DNA of 15,872 bases from an uncultured Vicingus sp. Its GTDB lineage: Bacteria; Bacteroidota; Bacteroidia; Flavobacteriales_E; Vicingaceae. Every line of letters begins with the position of its first letter. The first letter of the stretch is position 1. Positions 1-7,857 of the stretch are shown piece by piece. Where the stretch lies: contig CAYRAD010000003.1 in the NCBI GenBank assembly GCA_964422135.1, forward strand, positions 1 to 15,872, in the 5' to 3' direction. Position numbers and translations under genes: made by a program. The notes under the pieces were generated by a model that had not been told where the DNA came from, did no database searches, and worked only from the letters and a program-made list of their open reading frames with translations.

Positions 1-908
1 GCCCTCCAAAACCAGATTTGATCGTTTACAATACCAACCAATGTAGAGAAGTACAAGATTGGTTTACCTATTTTGCTAGAGAATTAGATTGTCCTATTTA
101 TGGAATTAAACCTCCTCGTCATATTGATGAAGTAACTCAAGGAGATATTGAAGATGTTGCTGCACAATTTAAAGGAATGATTCCGATTTGTGAAGAAACA
201 AGTGGAAACAAATTCGATATAGAAAACTTTAGAGAAACCATTAGGTTAAGTAAAGAAGCTACCGATTTATGGAAAGAAGTGTTGTGGACTGCCACAAACT
301 CACCATCTCCTATTAGCTTTTTCGATGCTACTATTCATATGGGACCAATTGTAGTTCTTAGAGGAACCCAACAAGCAAAAGATTATTACGCTACCTTGCT
401 TGAAGAATTAAAAGGAAACGTTGAAAAAGGAGTAGGATTTATTGAAAAAGAAGGTTGCAGAATTTATTGGGATGGAATGCCTATTTGGGGTAAGCTAAGA
501 CCAATGTCTGAATTGTTCCTTCAAAATAATGCTGCTGTTGTAGCTTCAACTTATTGTAATAGCTGGGTGTTTGATGCTTTCGATCCAAAAGATCCATTTG
601 AATCTTCTGCCAAAGCATACACTGAAATTTTTATCAATAGAAGTGAAGAAGCAAAAGAAAAATACTTAACCAAACTGGTTAAAGACTTTAGAATAGATGG
701 TATTATTTTCCATGATGCAAAAACATGTTTTAATAATTCCAATTCTAATTTCGGAATGCCTCAAAGATTAACTAAAGCATTAGGAATTCCTACGCTTACT
801 ATTGAAGGTGATTTATGTGATTTACGCTTTTATTCAGAAGGACAAAGTGTTACAAAAATGGAAACCTTTATCGAACAAATTGTAGATGCTAAAATGGTAA
901 CCTCATAG
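1..908 (+). CDS. 2-hydroxyacyl-CoA dehydratase / benzoyl-CoA reductase B/C-family subunit (HgdA/B, BcrB/C-like), 5'-truncated by the window edge
   Basis: The frame stays open to the left edge: nt 3-17 read PPKPD with no stop, so the TTG at 18 is only the ORF-track start. The translation has family-typical segments (NQCREVQDWF, IYWDGMPIWG, DGIIFHDAKTCFNNS) with conserved Cys. A BcrAD-type ATPase is encoded two genes downstream. Recognised by eye, not by search. Confidence 0.8.
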   Translation, partial: PPKPDLIVYNTNQCREVQDWFTYFARELDCPIYGIKPPRHIDEVTQGDIEDVAAQFKGMIPICEETSGNKFDIENFRETIRLSKEATDLWKEVLWTATNSPSPISFFDATIHMGPIVVLRGTQQAKDYYATLLEELKGNVEKGVGFIEKEGCRIYWDGMPIWGKLRPMSELFLQNNAAVVASTYCNSWVFDAFDPKDPFESSAKAYTEIFINRSEEAKEKYLTKLVKDFRIDGIIFHDAKTCFNNSNSNFGMPQRLTKALGIPTLTIEGDLCDLRFYSEGQSVTKMETFIEQIVDAKMVTS

Positions 909-1378
909 TGAAGGAAAGTAATAACATAGCAAATTTTAATTTTTCCGGAAAAGGAAAACTTAGCTCAGAAGAAGTTACTGATTTATTAATGGGGACTTGT
1001 CACTATGTTGATTATGTGGAGTTTACTCAAAACAGTAAACAACAATTAGTAGCATTAATTTTTCCTGATAAAATGCTTCTTAACAATCCTGATTATAAAA
1101 AATCACCAGAAGAAGGTTGTTTTTGTCCACGTAGTTTAGATGAAGTTGGAAGATGTTTAACAGGGTGTTTAGGAAAGGTTAACAATGAAATTGATAATCA
1201 AAAGACTACGATTTCTCTAGCTATAATTATTGGAGAGAAATATGCTCTGGAGAATGGAAAATTAACGGATGAGGCAAAAGAAAAATTAGCAACTATTATT
1301 GAACAATATAAAACTCAATCAACTGCTGCTGATGTTTACATCATTGATTTAGAAACAGAAAATGTAGTTAATAATTAG
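908..1378 (+). CDS. hypothetical Cys-rich protein; possibly an accessory subunit; faint resemblance to the C-terminal domain of AMP-forming long-chain acyl-CoA ligases
   Basis: The GTG start overlaps the upstream TAG stop by 1 nt (TAGTG), which suggests translational coupling. It is 156 aa and has a CxC-x10-C-x3-C cluster (GCFCPRSLDEVGRCLTGC). Segments QQLVALIFPD and ENGKLTDEAKEKLATIIEQYK recall acyl-CoA ligase C-termini. No confident family call. Confidence 0.5.
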   Translation: MKESNNIANFNFSGKGKLSSEEVTDLLMGTCHYVDYVEFTQNSKQQLVALIFPDKMLLNNPDYKKSPEEGCFCPRSLDEVGRCLTGCLGKVNNEIDNQKTTISLAIIIGEKYALENGKLTDEAKEKLATIIEQYKTQSTAADVYIIDLETENVVNN

Positions 1379-1417
1379 GCGATTGAAAAGTATTAAGCTT
1401 ATTAAAAGCAGGATAAG

Positions 1418-3271
1418 ATGAATAAGAATAAGATAAAAAAAGTCGGAGTTGTAGGAATTGGACCCGTAGGAATGATAATAGCCACTCTGTTAAAGGATGC
1501 TGGTTGTGAAGTTGCCATTTCTGATATAGATAAAAATAAATTAGATCTTATTGAAAAAGAAGGGGCTAAGCTGGAAGGAGGATTTAATAAAGAGGTGAAG
1601 TTTGATCATGTTTATAACACTGTTGAAGAGCTAGAAACACTTGACTTAGATTTGATTATCCTGGCTCTTAAAGCTAATTATTTAGGAGGAGTTGTTGAGA
1701 AAGTAGCCTCTTTTAAAAACAGTAATTTCCCTGTAGTTTGTGCTATGAATGGTATTGATACTGAAAATATTGCTTCCGACATTATTGGAGAATCAAGAAC
1801 CCTACGAATGGTTATCAATTTTGCTGGTAATTTATTTGCTCCGAATATAACCAAAGTAACATTTGTTACACCTCCAACTTACCTTGCATCTATTGATGAT
1901 GCAATTACTGAAACAGCTGAACATTTAGCCGAATGGTTTAAAAAAGCTGATTTGGAAGTTAAGGTGATTAATTCATTTGACTTGTTAGGAAAAATTTGGG
2001 AGAAAACTATTCTTAATGCAGCATTAAGTCCATTGTGTGGTGTAGGAAAACTAACAATGGCAGAGGCAATGAATGACCCTGATACAGTTGAATTAATAGA
2101 GCAAATCATTAATGAAGGGGTTGAAGTTGCTGAAAAAGAAAAAATCAGGTTTCCTGATACCTTTGTTAGAAGTTGCATGAAATACCTTAAAAAAGGTGGT
2201 GATCATTTTCCTTCTCTTGCCGGAGATTTAATTAACAACCGACCAACAGAAATTGATTATTTTAATGGTAAAATAGTTGAGTATGGTAAAAAACATTACG
2301 TCAGAACGTCCTTAAATCTTGCGTTTACAAACATGGTAAAAGCCATGACCAACAAAAATATTATTTCAAGAGTTCCTGGCGTTGCTGGTGATGTAACCAA
2401 AAAGATTTTAAATAAAGGAATGATTGATAATACGATTCAAGCATCTTCATTTAAAAATGTAAACTGTTACTTAGGAATAGATTTAGGCTCTGCTTACTAT
2501 AAGTTTACAGTTATTGATGATAATGGGAATGCTGTTTTCCATTATTTATTACCAACATTAACAGGAGACAAGCAATCGAAGAAAAATGTGATGAACGCTA
2601 TTTCCTCTAGTTTTAATATTAAATATAGTTGTGCTACAGGTTATGGAAGAAAACATTTTGTTGAAGCTGATATAATAAAAACTGAAATTAGTTGTGCAAC
2701 TACTGGGGTATCTTTTTTACACCCTGGAGAAAAAAATATTCTCGACATAGGTGGTGAAGACATTAAAGTAATAAAGTGCAGTGAAGAAAATGTTGTTGCT
2801 AACTTTTATATGAATGATAAATGTGCTGCTGGTACTGGTTCGTTCTTATCAGAAATAGCAGAACAAACCAATATTAATATTGCTAACATGAGTAGTTTGG
2901 CTTCTCTCTCTACATTTGATAAAGAGTTAAACAGCTTCTGTACTGTTTTTGCTAAAACAGAAATAATGAATTGGATTTTCGATGGTATGTCACCACAAGA
3001 TATTTCTAGAGGTATTTATATTTCTATTGCCAATAAAGTTGCCAAAATGAGAATAGAACCTAATCTTCCTACTTTCATGATAGGAGGAGTAATTGGCCAT
3101 CATCCTTATTTAAAAACAATTTTAACCGAAAAATTTAATAAGGACATCGAAATTGTGGAACATCCTCAATTTGTGGTTTCACACGGAGCTGCTTTAATCG
3201 CTAAGCAACATTACGAAAAAAACCCCGATGTTGATTCTAAAGCTCAACCACTTGAGTCTTTAAATTCTTAA
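1418..3271 (+). CDS. fusion protein: N-terminal ketopantoate reductase (ApbA/PanE)-like NAD(P)H 2-oxoacid reductase domain plus C-terminal BcrAD/BadFG-type ATPase (2-hydroxyacyl-CoA dehydratase activator, HgdC/HadI-like)
   Basis: N-terminal part (about nt 1418-2360): Rossmann motif KVGVVGIGPVGMIIA, then GKIWEKTILNAALSPL and RPTEIDYFNGKIV, all typical of ApbA/PanE. C-terminal part (about nt 2465-3271): YLGIDLGSAYYKF, ATGYGR, LDIGGEDIKVI, NDKCAAGTGSFL and SFCTVFAKTE. These align by eye almost motif-for-motif with Acidaminococcus HgdC, including both cluster-ligand Cys. Confidence 0.85.
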   Translation: MNKNKIKKVGVVGIGPVGMIIATLLKDAGCEVAISDIDKNKLDLIEKEGAKLEGGFNKEVKFDHVYNTVEELETLDLDLIILALKANYLGGVVEKVASFKNSNFPVVCAMNGIDTENIASDIIGESRTLRMVINFAGNLFAPNITKVTFVTPPTYLASIDDAITETAEHLAEWFKKADLEVKVINSFDLLGKIWEKTILNAALSPLCGVGKLTMAEAMNDPDTVELIEQIINEGVEVAEKEKIRFPDTFVRSCMKYLKKGGDHFPSLAGDLINNRPTEIDYFNGKIVEYGKKHYVRTSLNLAFTNMVKAMTNKNIISRVPGVAGDVTKKILNKGMIDNTIQASSFKNVNCYLGIDLGSAYYKFTVIDDNGNAVFHYLLPTLTGDKQSKKNVMNAISSSFNIKYSCATGYGRKHFVEADIIKTEISCATTGVSFLHPGEKNILDIGGEDIKVIKCSEENVVANFYMNDKCAAGTGSFLSEIAEQTNINIANMSSLASLSTFDKELNSFCTVFAKTEIMNWIFDGMSPQDISRGIYISIANKVAKMRIEPNLPTFMIGGVIGHHPYLKTILTEKFNKDIEIVEHPQFVVSHGAALIAKQHYEKNPDVDSKAQPLESLNS

Positions 3272-3351
3272 ATTGTGAATGTCTTATTTACATACCTTAA
3301 AAAACAAAAATATCGTAATATAAAACGACCAGATTATAGTTGTTTTTAATT

Positions 3352-3367
3352 TGTGAATTTCTTCACA
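3352..3367. promoter_or_regulatory. perfect TGTGA-N6-TCACA palindrome (Crp/Fnr-family-type operator candidate)
   Basis: TGTGA (3352-3356) ATTTCT TCACA (3363-3367), extended to TTGTGA...TCACAA. It sits in the 189-nt gap, the largest in the window, about 95 nt upstream of the ATG at 3461. A half-site copy TTGTGAAT occurs at 3272-3279. No cognate regulator is visible in the window. Confidence 0.4.
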
Positions 3368-3460
3368 ATCCTATTGTTTTCTATGATGATTATCATAGTC
3401 CTTCGACTAATTAATTGCTAATTTTCAGACTCATATTATTTAATAATAAAATTTAATAAA

Positions 3461-5479
3461 ATGGCTTATCAGTATAAAAATTTAAACTTCAGCAAACTAT
3501 CAGTTATTGGCGCTGGTCAAATTGGTCCAGACATCTGTTTACACTTTGCAAAAGTGTTTTGGAAAAACAATGTTGAATTTGTAATTATCGATATTTCTTC
3601 TGAGGCTTTGGCAAAAGCGAAAGCAAAAATCGAAAAGAAAATTAGTAAAGGAGTTGAAACAGGAGCTTTTAAACCTGAAATGGCTGAAACAATGAAAAAT
3701 TCCATTGCTTATTCGTCAGATTATGAATTAGTAAGAGGATCAGGTATTGTTTTGGAAGCTGCTACTGAAGATGGTAGAATTAAAGACATTATATTTAAAC
3801 AAGTGGAAGCATTAACAGATGATTCTTGTTTGTTCTTGTCTAATTCTTCTCACATGAAACCAGAGGTTATCTTCAGAAATATAGCCAATAAAAAAAGATG
3901 TTTGGTCACTCATTATTTCTTTCCTGCAGATAGAAATCCTATTGTTGAGGTAGTTCCAGGTGAGGCGACTGACCGTCATATTACAGCAGATTTACTAGGT
4001 TTTTACGAAGCAATCGGAAAAGTCCCTATTGAAGTACAAAGCTCTTACGGTTATGCCATTGACCCCATATTTGAAGGATTGTGTGAATTAGCGATTTTAT
4101 GCTTAGAGAAAGGGTATGGTTCTATTAAGGAAATAGACAAAATGGCTCAAAAAACATTACATCAGGGAGTTGGACCGTTTACAGCATTAAACCTAACCGG
4201 TGGTAATCCGATTACCAATCATGGATTGGAAGAAATGCGTGAAACACATATTCCTTGGTTCAGGTCTCCCAAAGCCTTGCAGGAAGCAACAGCTAACGGA
4301 ACCATGTGGGATACTGCTAAAAGAGGAGAAGAAGTAACGGTTGACCCTGCGAAAGCAGAAGTATTGAGGAAACAATTCTTAGGTGGATATTTCGCCTTGG
4401 TTTGTTACATCATCGATTTGGGGATTACCAATGTAAATGATTTGGATATGGCTGCAGAAATTGCATTGGTAATAGCCGCTCCATTTACTTTGATGAACAA
4501 AATTGGAATTGACGAATCACATGCGTTGGTCGCAGCATGGTGTGAAGAACATACCGAATTCCCTTTCCCAAAATCATTGGATAAGGCAAAAGCAGCTGGT
4601 GGCTGGACAATTTCAAGAATTGTGGCAAAAAAAAATGATAACATCGCAGTACTGACCATCAGAAGACCAAAAGTGTTGAATGCCTTGAATCTTGCAGTTT
4701 TAAAAGAATTAAAAATTGAAATTGAAAAAGCCGAAAATGACGCAAGTGTTGATGGAATTGTAATTACAGGTTTTGGAACAAAAGCTTTCGTCTCTGGTGC
4801 TGATATCAATATGTTGGCTGCTTTAAAAACTCCCGAAGAAGGATATAACAATTCTCATACTTTCCAACAATTGATTAATACCATTGAAGATTGTAAAAAG
4901 CCAACGGTTTGTGCATTAAATGGTTTTGCTTTTGGTGGCGGAAACGAATTGGCAATTACTTGTACAGCAAGAGTTGCCAAAAAAGGATTGCCTGTTGTAG
5001 CTTGTCAACCTGAAGTGAATTTAGGGTTTATTCCAGGCTCAGGAGGAACACAACGTTTACCACGATTAGTCGGGGTTGATGTTGCTGCAGAAATCCTTCG
5101 TACTGCACGACCAGTATCTGGAAAAGAAGCCTTAGAAATAGGATTAATAGATAAAGAAATAGAAGGAGATTTAGTGGAAGGAGCAGTAGGTTTTGCAAAA
5201 AAACTAGTAAAAGGAGAAGTTCAGCCTCGTGATTTTATGAAGGGAGGTATCAAAGAAGATTTAGCTCCTAAGGAAATCAACATTGGTCATTTGAGTAAAA
5301 AAATTGATGACATTATGAATAAGGCAATTTATGATGGAATTAAATTACCATTAAACGAAGCCTTAGAATTAGAATCAAAACTTTTTGGAGAATGCATCTT
5401 AACTGAAGACATGAAAATAGGTTTGGATAATTTCATGACCAACGGACCAAGAGCTAAAGCAGAATTTAAGCACTCTTAA
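3461..5479 (+). CDS. bifunctional 3-hydroxyacyl-CoA dehydrogenase (N-terminal) / enoyl-CoA hydratase (C-terminal)
   Basis: N-terminal NAD motif VIGAGQIGPDI, then SNSSHM and THYFFPADRNPIVEVVPG (HAD signature region). The C-terminal crotonase fold starts near nt 4610: AVLTIRRPKVLNALN, FVSGADI, ALNGFAFGGGNELA and QPEVNLGFIPGSGGTQRLPRLVG, with both catalytic Glu positions present. Confidence 0.9.
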   Translation: MAYQYKNLNFSKLSVIGAGQIGPDICLHFAKVFWKNNVEFVIIDISSEALAKAKAKIEKKISKGVETGAFKPEMAETMKNSIAYSSDYELVRGSGIVLEAATEDGRIKDIIFKQVEALTDDSCLFLSNSSHMKPEVIFRNIANKKRCLVTHYFFPADRNPIVEVVPGEATDRHITADLLGFYEAIGKVPIEVQSSYGYAIDPIFEGLCELAILCLEKGYGSIKEIDKMAQKTLHQGVGPFTALNLTGGNPITNHGLEEMRETHIPWFRSPKALQEATANGTMWDTAKRGEEVTVDPAKAEVLRKQFLGGYFALVCYIIDLGITNVNDLDMAAEIALVIAAPFTLMNKIGIDESHALVAAWCEEHTEFPFPKSLDKAKAAGGWTISRIVAKKNDNIAVLTIRRPKVLNALNLAVLKELKIEIEKAENDASVDGIVITGFGTKAFVSGADINMLAALKTPEEGYNNSHTFQQLINTIEDCKKPTVCALNGFAFGGGNELAITCTARVAKKGLPVVACQPEVNLGFIPGSGGTQRLPRLVGVDVAAEILRTARPVSGKEALEIGLIDKEIEGDLVEGAVGFAKKLVKGEVQPRDFMKGGIKEDLAPKEINIGHLSKKIDDIMNKAIYDGIKLPLNEALELESKLFGECILTEDMKIGLDNFMTNGPRAKAEFKHS

Positions 5480-5497
5480 GTTTCGAAACACTAAGTA

Positions 5498-5577
5498 GAA
5501 CGCGGATAACACAGATGATTATGATAAACACAGAGTTAAATCTTATAAAATCATAACAATCAGCGTCATCTACGTTC
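5498..5577 (+). repeat. intergenic imperfect-palindrome element, copy 1 (80 nt, no nested insert)
   Basis: Sequence: GAACGCGGATAACACAGATGATTATGAT-(24 nt)-ATCATAACAATCAGCGTCATCTACGTTC. The arms are reverse-complementary at about 21 of 28 positions. It starts 18 nt after the stop at 5479 and ends 7 nt before the ATG at 5585. Confidence 0.85.
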
Positions 5578-5584
5578 AAATTAA

Positions 5585-7720
5585 ATGAATATGAAATACA
5601 AAATTGGCATAGATGTAGGAGGAACCTTTACCGACTTTTTTTTGGTAGCTGATAATGGTGATTCTTTGATGCACAAAACGTTATCTACTCCCGAAGATTC
5701 GTCTGAAGGGTTTATAACCGGCTTAAAGGAAATGGCAGAAAAGTTGAATTTGCCAGAAGCTGAGTTCATTGATAACATTGATACTATAGTTCATGGAACT
5801 ACTGTTGCAACAAATGCCTTGTTGACTTTAGGTGGTGCAAAAACCGCATTAATCACTACCAAAGGTTTCCGTGATGCTTTAGAAATGCGAAGAGGAATTC
5901 GTGAAGAACGATATGACAATCACTTTAAAAATGTTACCCCTTTAGTTCCAAGATATTTAAGATATACGATTGATGAAAGAATTGACGCTGAAGGAAATAT
6001 CTTACACAAAGTTGATTACTCAGAGTTAGATGTTATTATTTCAAAACTAAAAGAGGAAAAGGTTGAGGCAGCTGCAGTTTGTTTTATGAATTCTTATTTG
6101 AATAGTGAGAATGAAAACGCAGCAACCGAGTATTTAAGAAAAGCATTACCAGATACATTTATTTCTGCTTCTTATGAAGTATTGCCTTCCGTAAGATTTT
6201 ATGAGAGGGTAAGTACAACTGTTGTAAATGCGTATATCGGAGTAGTGGTAGATTCCTATTTAAAATCATTATTAGGGAAGCTTAAAAAATTAAACTTCAA
6301 CGGTAAGCTAATGATTATGCAATCTAACGGAGGTGTTGTAACTCCTGAGATAGCTTGTAAGATTGCCGCTGTTGCAGTTCTTTCTGGTCCTGCTGCTGCA
6401 CCAATCGCTGGTGCTTATTATGCCAATTTATTAGGATATGATAACTGCATTACCATGGATATGGGAGGTACCAGTTTTGATGCATCATTAGTGGTGAACA
6501 AACAATGTGTTACCAGTACAGATGCTGATATTGATAGATATAGAGTGGCATTGCCAACATTAGATATTATTACCATTGGTGCAGGAGGAGGAAGTATTGG
6601 TTGGGTTGATGAAGGCGGCTTATTGCAGATGGGACCAAAAAGTGCCGGTTCATTGCCAGGCCCAATTTCTTATGATAGAGGTGGCGAGAACCCTGCTTGT
6701 ACAGATGCAGATTTAATCTTAGGATATTTAGATCCTAATTTCTTTGCAGGAGGAAAATACAAATTAAATAAAGACAAAACCATTGAGGTAACCGGGAAAG
6801 TTTTAGGAGAAGGCCTTGGCCTTAGTGCTGAAAAAGCTGCTGCCGGAATGTATAGGGTAATCAACATGAACATGGCACAAGGTGTTCGTCAGGTTTCTGT
6901 AGAAAGAGGTTATGATCCTAGAGAGTTTTTAATGATTTGTGCAGGTGGAGCAGGTTCGATTCACGCTGGAGAAATTTGTCGAGAGTTAGAAATACCAATG
7001 TTTGTAGTGCCTAGTGTTGCACCAATTTTTTGTGCTGCAGGTATGTTGTTGGGCGATTTAAAACATGACTATGTTCGATCATATTTAACAAAACTTTCTG
7101 GTTTAGATAAAGTTGAATTTTTAAGATTGTATGATGAAATGAAGGCTGAAGCAATTAAAACTTTGATTGCAGAAGGAATTACCGAAGATAAAATTGAATA
7201 CATCCCTTCTTTAGATTTAAGATATATCGGTCAATTCCATGAAGTTCCATTAGAGGTTTCTATGGATGATGTTTATGGATTTAATTTGGAAGCAATCAAA
7301 GAAGCTTTTCATAAGGAGCACAGCCGTCAGTTCGGCTACGATTTAAAAGAAGAAGGAACAGAATTGGAAGTAATCAATATTCGATTTAGAGCAGTTGGCA
7401 TTACAGAAAAACCTCATTCATTATCTGGAAATATAGTAAAAGGAGCAAGCACATTAGAGGAAGCTTTAAAAGATAGAAGAATGGCTTATGTTCCTGAAAA
7501 AGATGAAATGCAAGAAGTACCAGTTTATGATGGAGACATCCTGAACAGTAATTTCAAAATTAATGGACCTGCCATTATCGAACAGGTAAACACAACTGTT
7601 TTTTTAGGTGAAAGCTACAATTGCGAAACAGGTATTGGAGGAGCATTTATTGTTTACAACAAAATATTAATGCCCAATGGCTTTAAGAAGAAAAAGGGCA
7701 GTGAGGAAATGGTGAATTAA
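5585..7720 (+). CDS. hydantoinase A / oxoprolinase / acetone-carboxylase-beta family ATPase subunit (HyuA-type)
   Basis: The N-terminus MKYKIGIDVGGTFTDFFLV is diagnostic of Hydantoinase_A family proteins, and MDMGGTSFD is the second ATPase phosphate motif. Length is 711 aa. The start could be the ATG at 5585 or at 5591. Confidence 0.9.
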   Translation: MNMKYKIGIDVGGTFTDFFLVADNGDSLMHKTLSTPEDSSEGFITGLKEMAEKLNLPEAEFIDNIDTIVHGTTVATNALLTLGGAKTALITTKGFRDALEMRRGIREERYDNHFKNVTPLVPRYLRYTIDERIDAEGNILHKVDYSELDVIISKLKEEKVEAAAVCFMNSYLNSENENAATEYLRKALPDTFISASYEVLPSVRFYERVSTTVVNAYIGVVVDSYLKSLLGKLKKLNFNGKLMIMQSNGGVVTPEIACKIAAVAVLSGPAAAPIAGAYYANLLGYDNCITMDMGGTSFDASLVVNKQCVTSTDADIDRYRVALPTLDIITIGAGGGSIGWVDEGGLLQMGPKSAGSLPGPISYDRGGENPACTDADLILGYLDPNFFAGGKYKLNKDKTIEVTGKVLGEGLGLSAEKAAAGMYRVINMNMAQGVRQVSVERGYDPREFLMICAGGAGSIHAGEICRELEIPMFVVPSVAPIFCAAGMLLGDLKHDYVRSYLTKLSGLDKVEFLRLYDEMKAEAIKTLIAEGITEDKIEYIPSLDLRYIGQFHEVPLEVSMDDVYGFNLEAIKEAFHKEHSRQFGYDLKEEGTELEVINIRFRAVGITEKPHSLSGNIVKGASTLEEALKDRRMAYVPEKDEMQEVPVYDGDILNSNFKINGPAIIEQVNTTVFLGESYNCETGIGGAFIVYNKILMPNGFKKKKGSEEMVN

Positions 7721-7724
7721 AAAT

Positions 7725-7823
7725 GAAACGCAGACCTGCCTGCGGTAGGCAGGTAACACGGATGATTATGATAAATACAGGTTTAAACCTTAAAAACCAT
7801 AACAATCAGCGTCATCAGCGTTC
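7725..7823 (+). repeat. intergenic imperfect-palindrome element, copy 2 (99 nt, with nested 19-nt hairpin)
   Basis: Sequence: GAAACGCAGA-[CCTGCCTGCGGTAGGCAGG]-TAACACGGATGATTATGAT...CCATAACAATCAGCGTCATCAGCGTTC. The apex contains the perfect 12-nt palindrome AGGTTTAAACCT. It lies between the stop at 7720 and the ATG at 7858. Confidence 0.9.
7735..7753 (+). repeat. 19-nt GC-rich hairpin module nested in the 5' arm of copy 2
   Basis: CCTGCC-TGCGGTA-GGCAGG forms a perfect 6-bp stem. It sits exactly between the GA and TAACAC that are contiguous in copies 1 and 4. Confidence 0.8.
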
Positions 7824-7857
7824 TAATAAAAAGAATGAATATTAACCTATAAATACA

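Noticed and set aside
1-3271. Naming the first genes specifically as benzoyl-CoA reductase (bcr/bzd) or as 2-hydroxyglutaryl-CoA dehydratase (hgd)
   Set aside because: The family is clear, but the two functions cannot be separated by eye. Only one catalytic subunit fragment and one ATPase domain are visible, so only a family-level call is given.
3381-3398. A possible degenerate fifth copy of the palindromic element (TGATGATTATCATA versus GGATGATTATGATA)
   Set aside because: Only the core of about 12 nt is similar, and the GAACGC / GCGTTC outer arms are absent. It is better treated as an independent 7-bp inverted repeat in the promoter-candidate region.
3419-3426. A Bacteroidota-type -7 promoter box (TAATTTTC versus consensus TAnnTTTG)
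   Set aside because: It matches only 7 of 8 positions, has no TTTG -33 element at the right spacing, and such strings are frequent in AT-rich DNA. Support is too weak to annotate as a promoter.
5498-5577. The palindromic elements as rho-independent terminators
   Set aside because: The stems are long, AT-rich and heavily bulged, and none is followed by a T tract. Three of the four are followed within 7-26 nt by the next start codon of what looks like the same operon.
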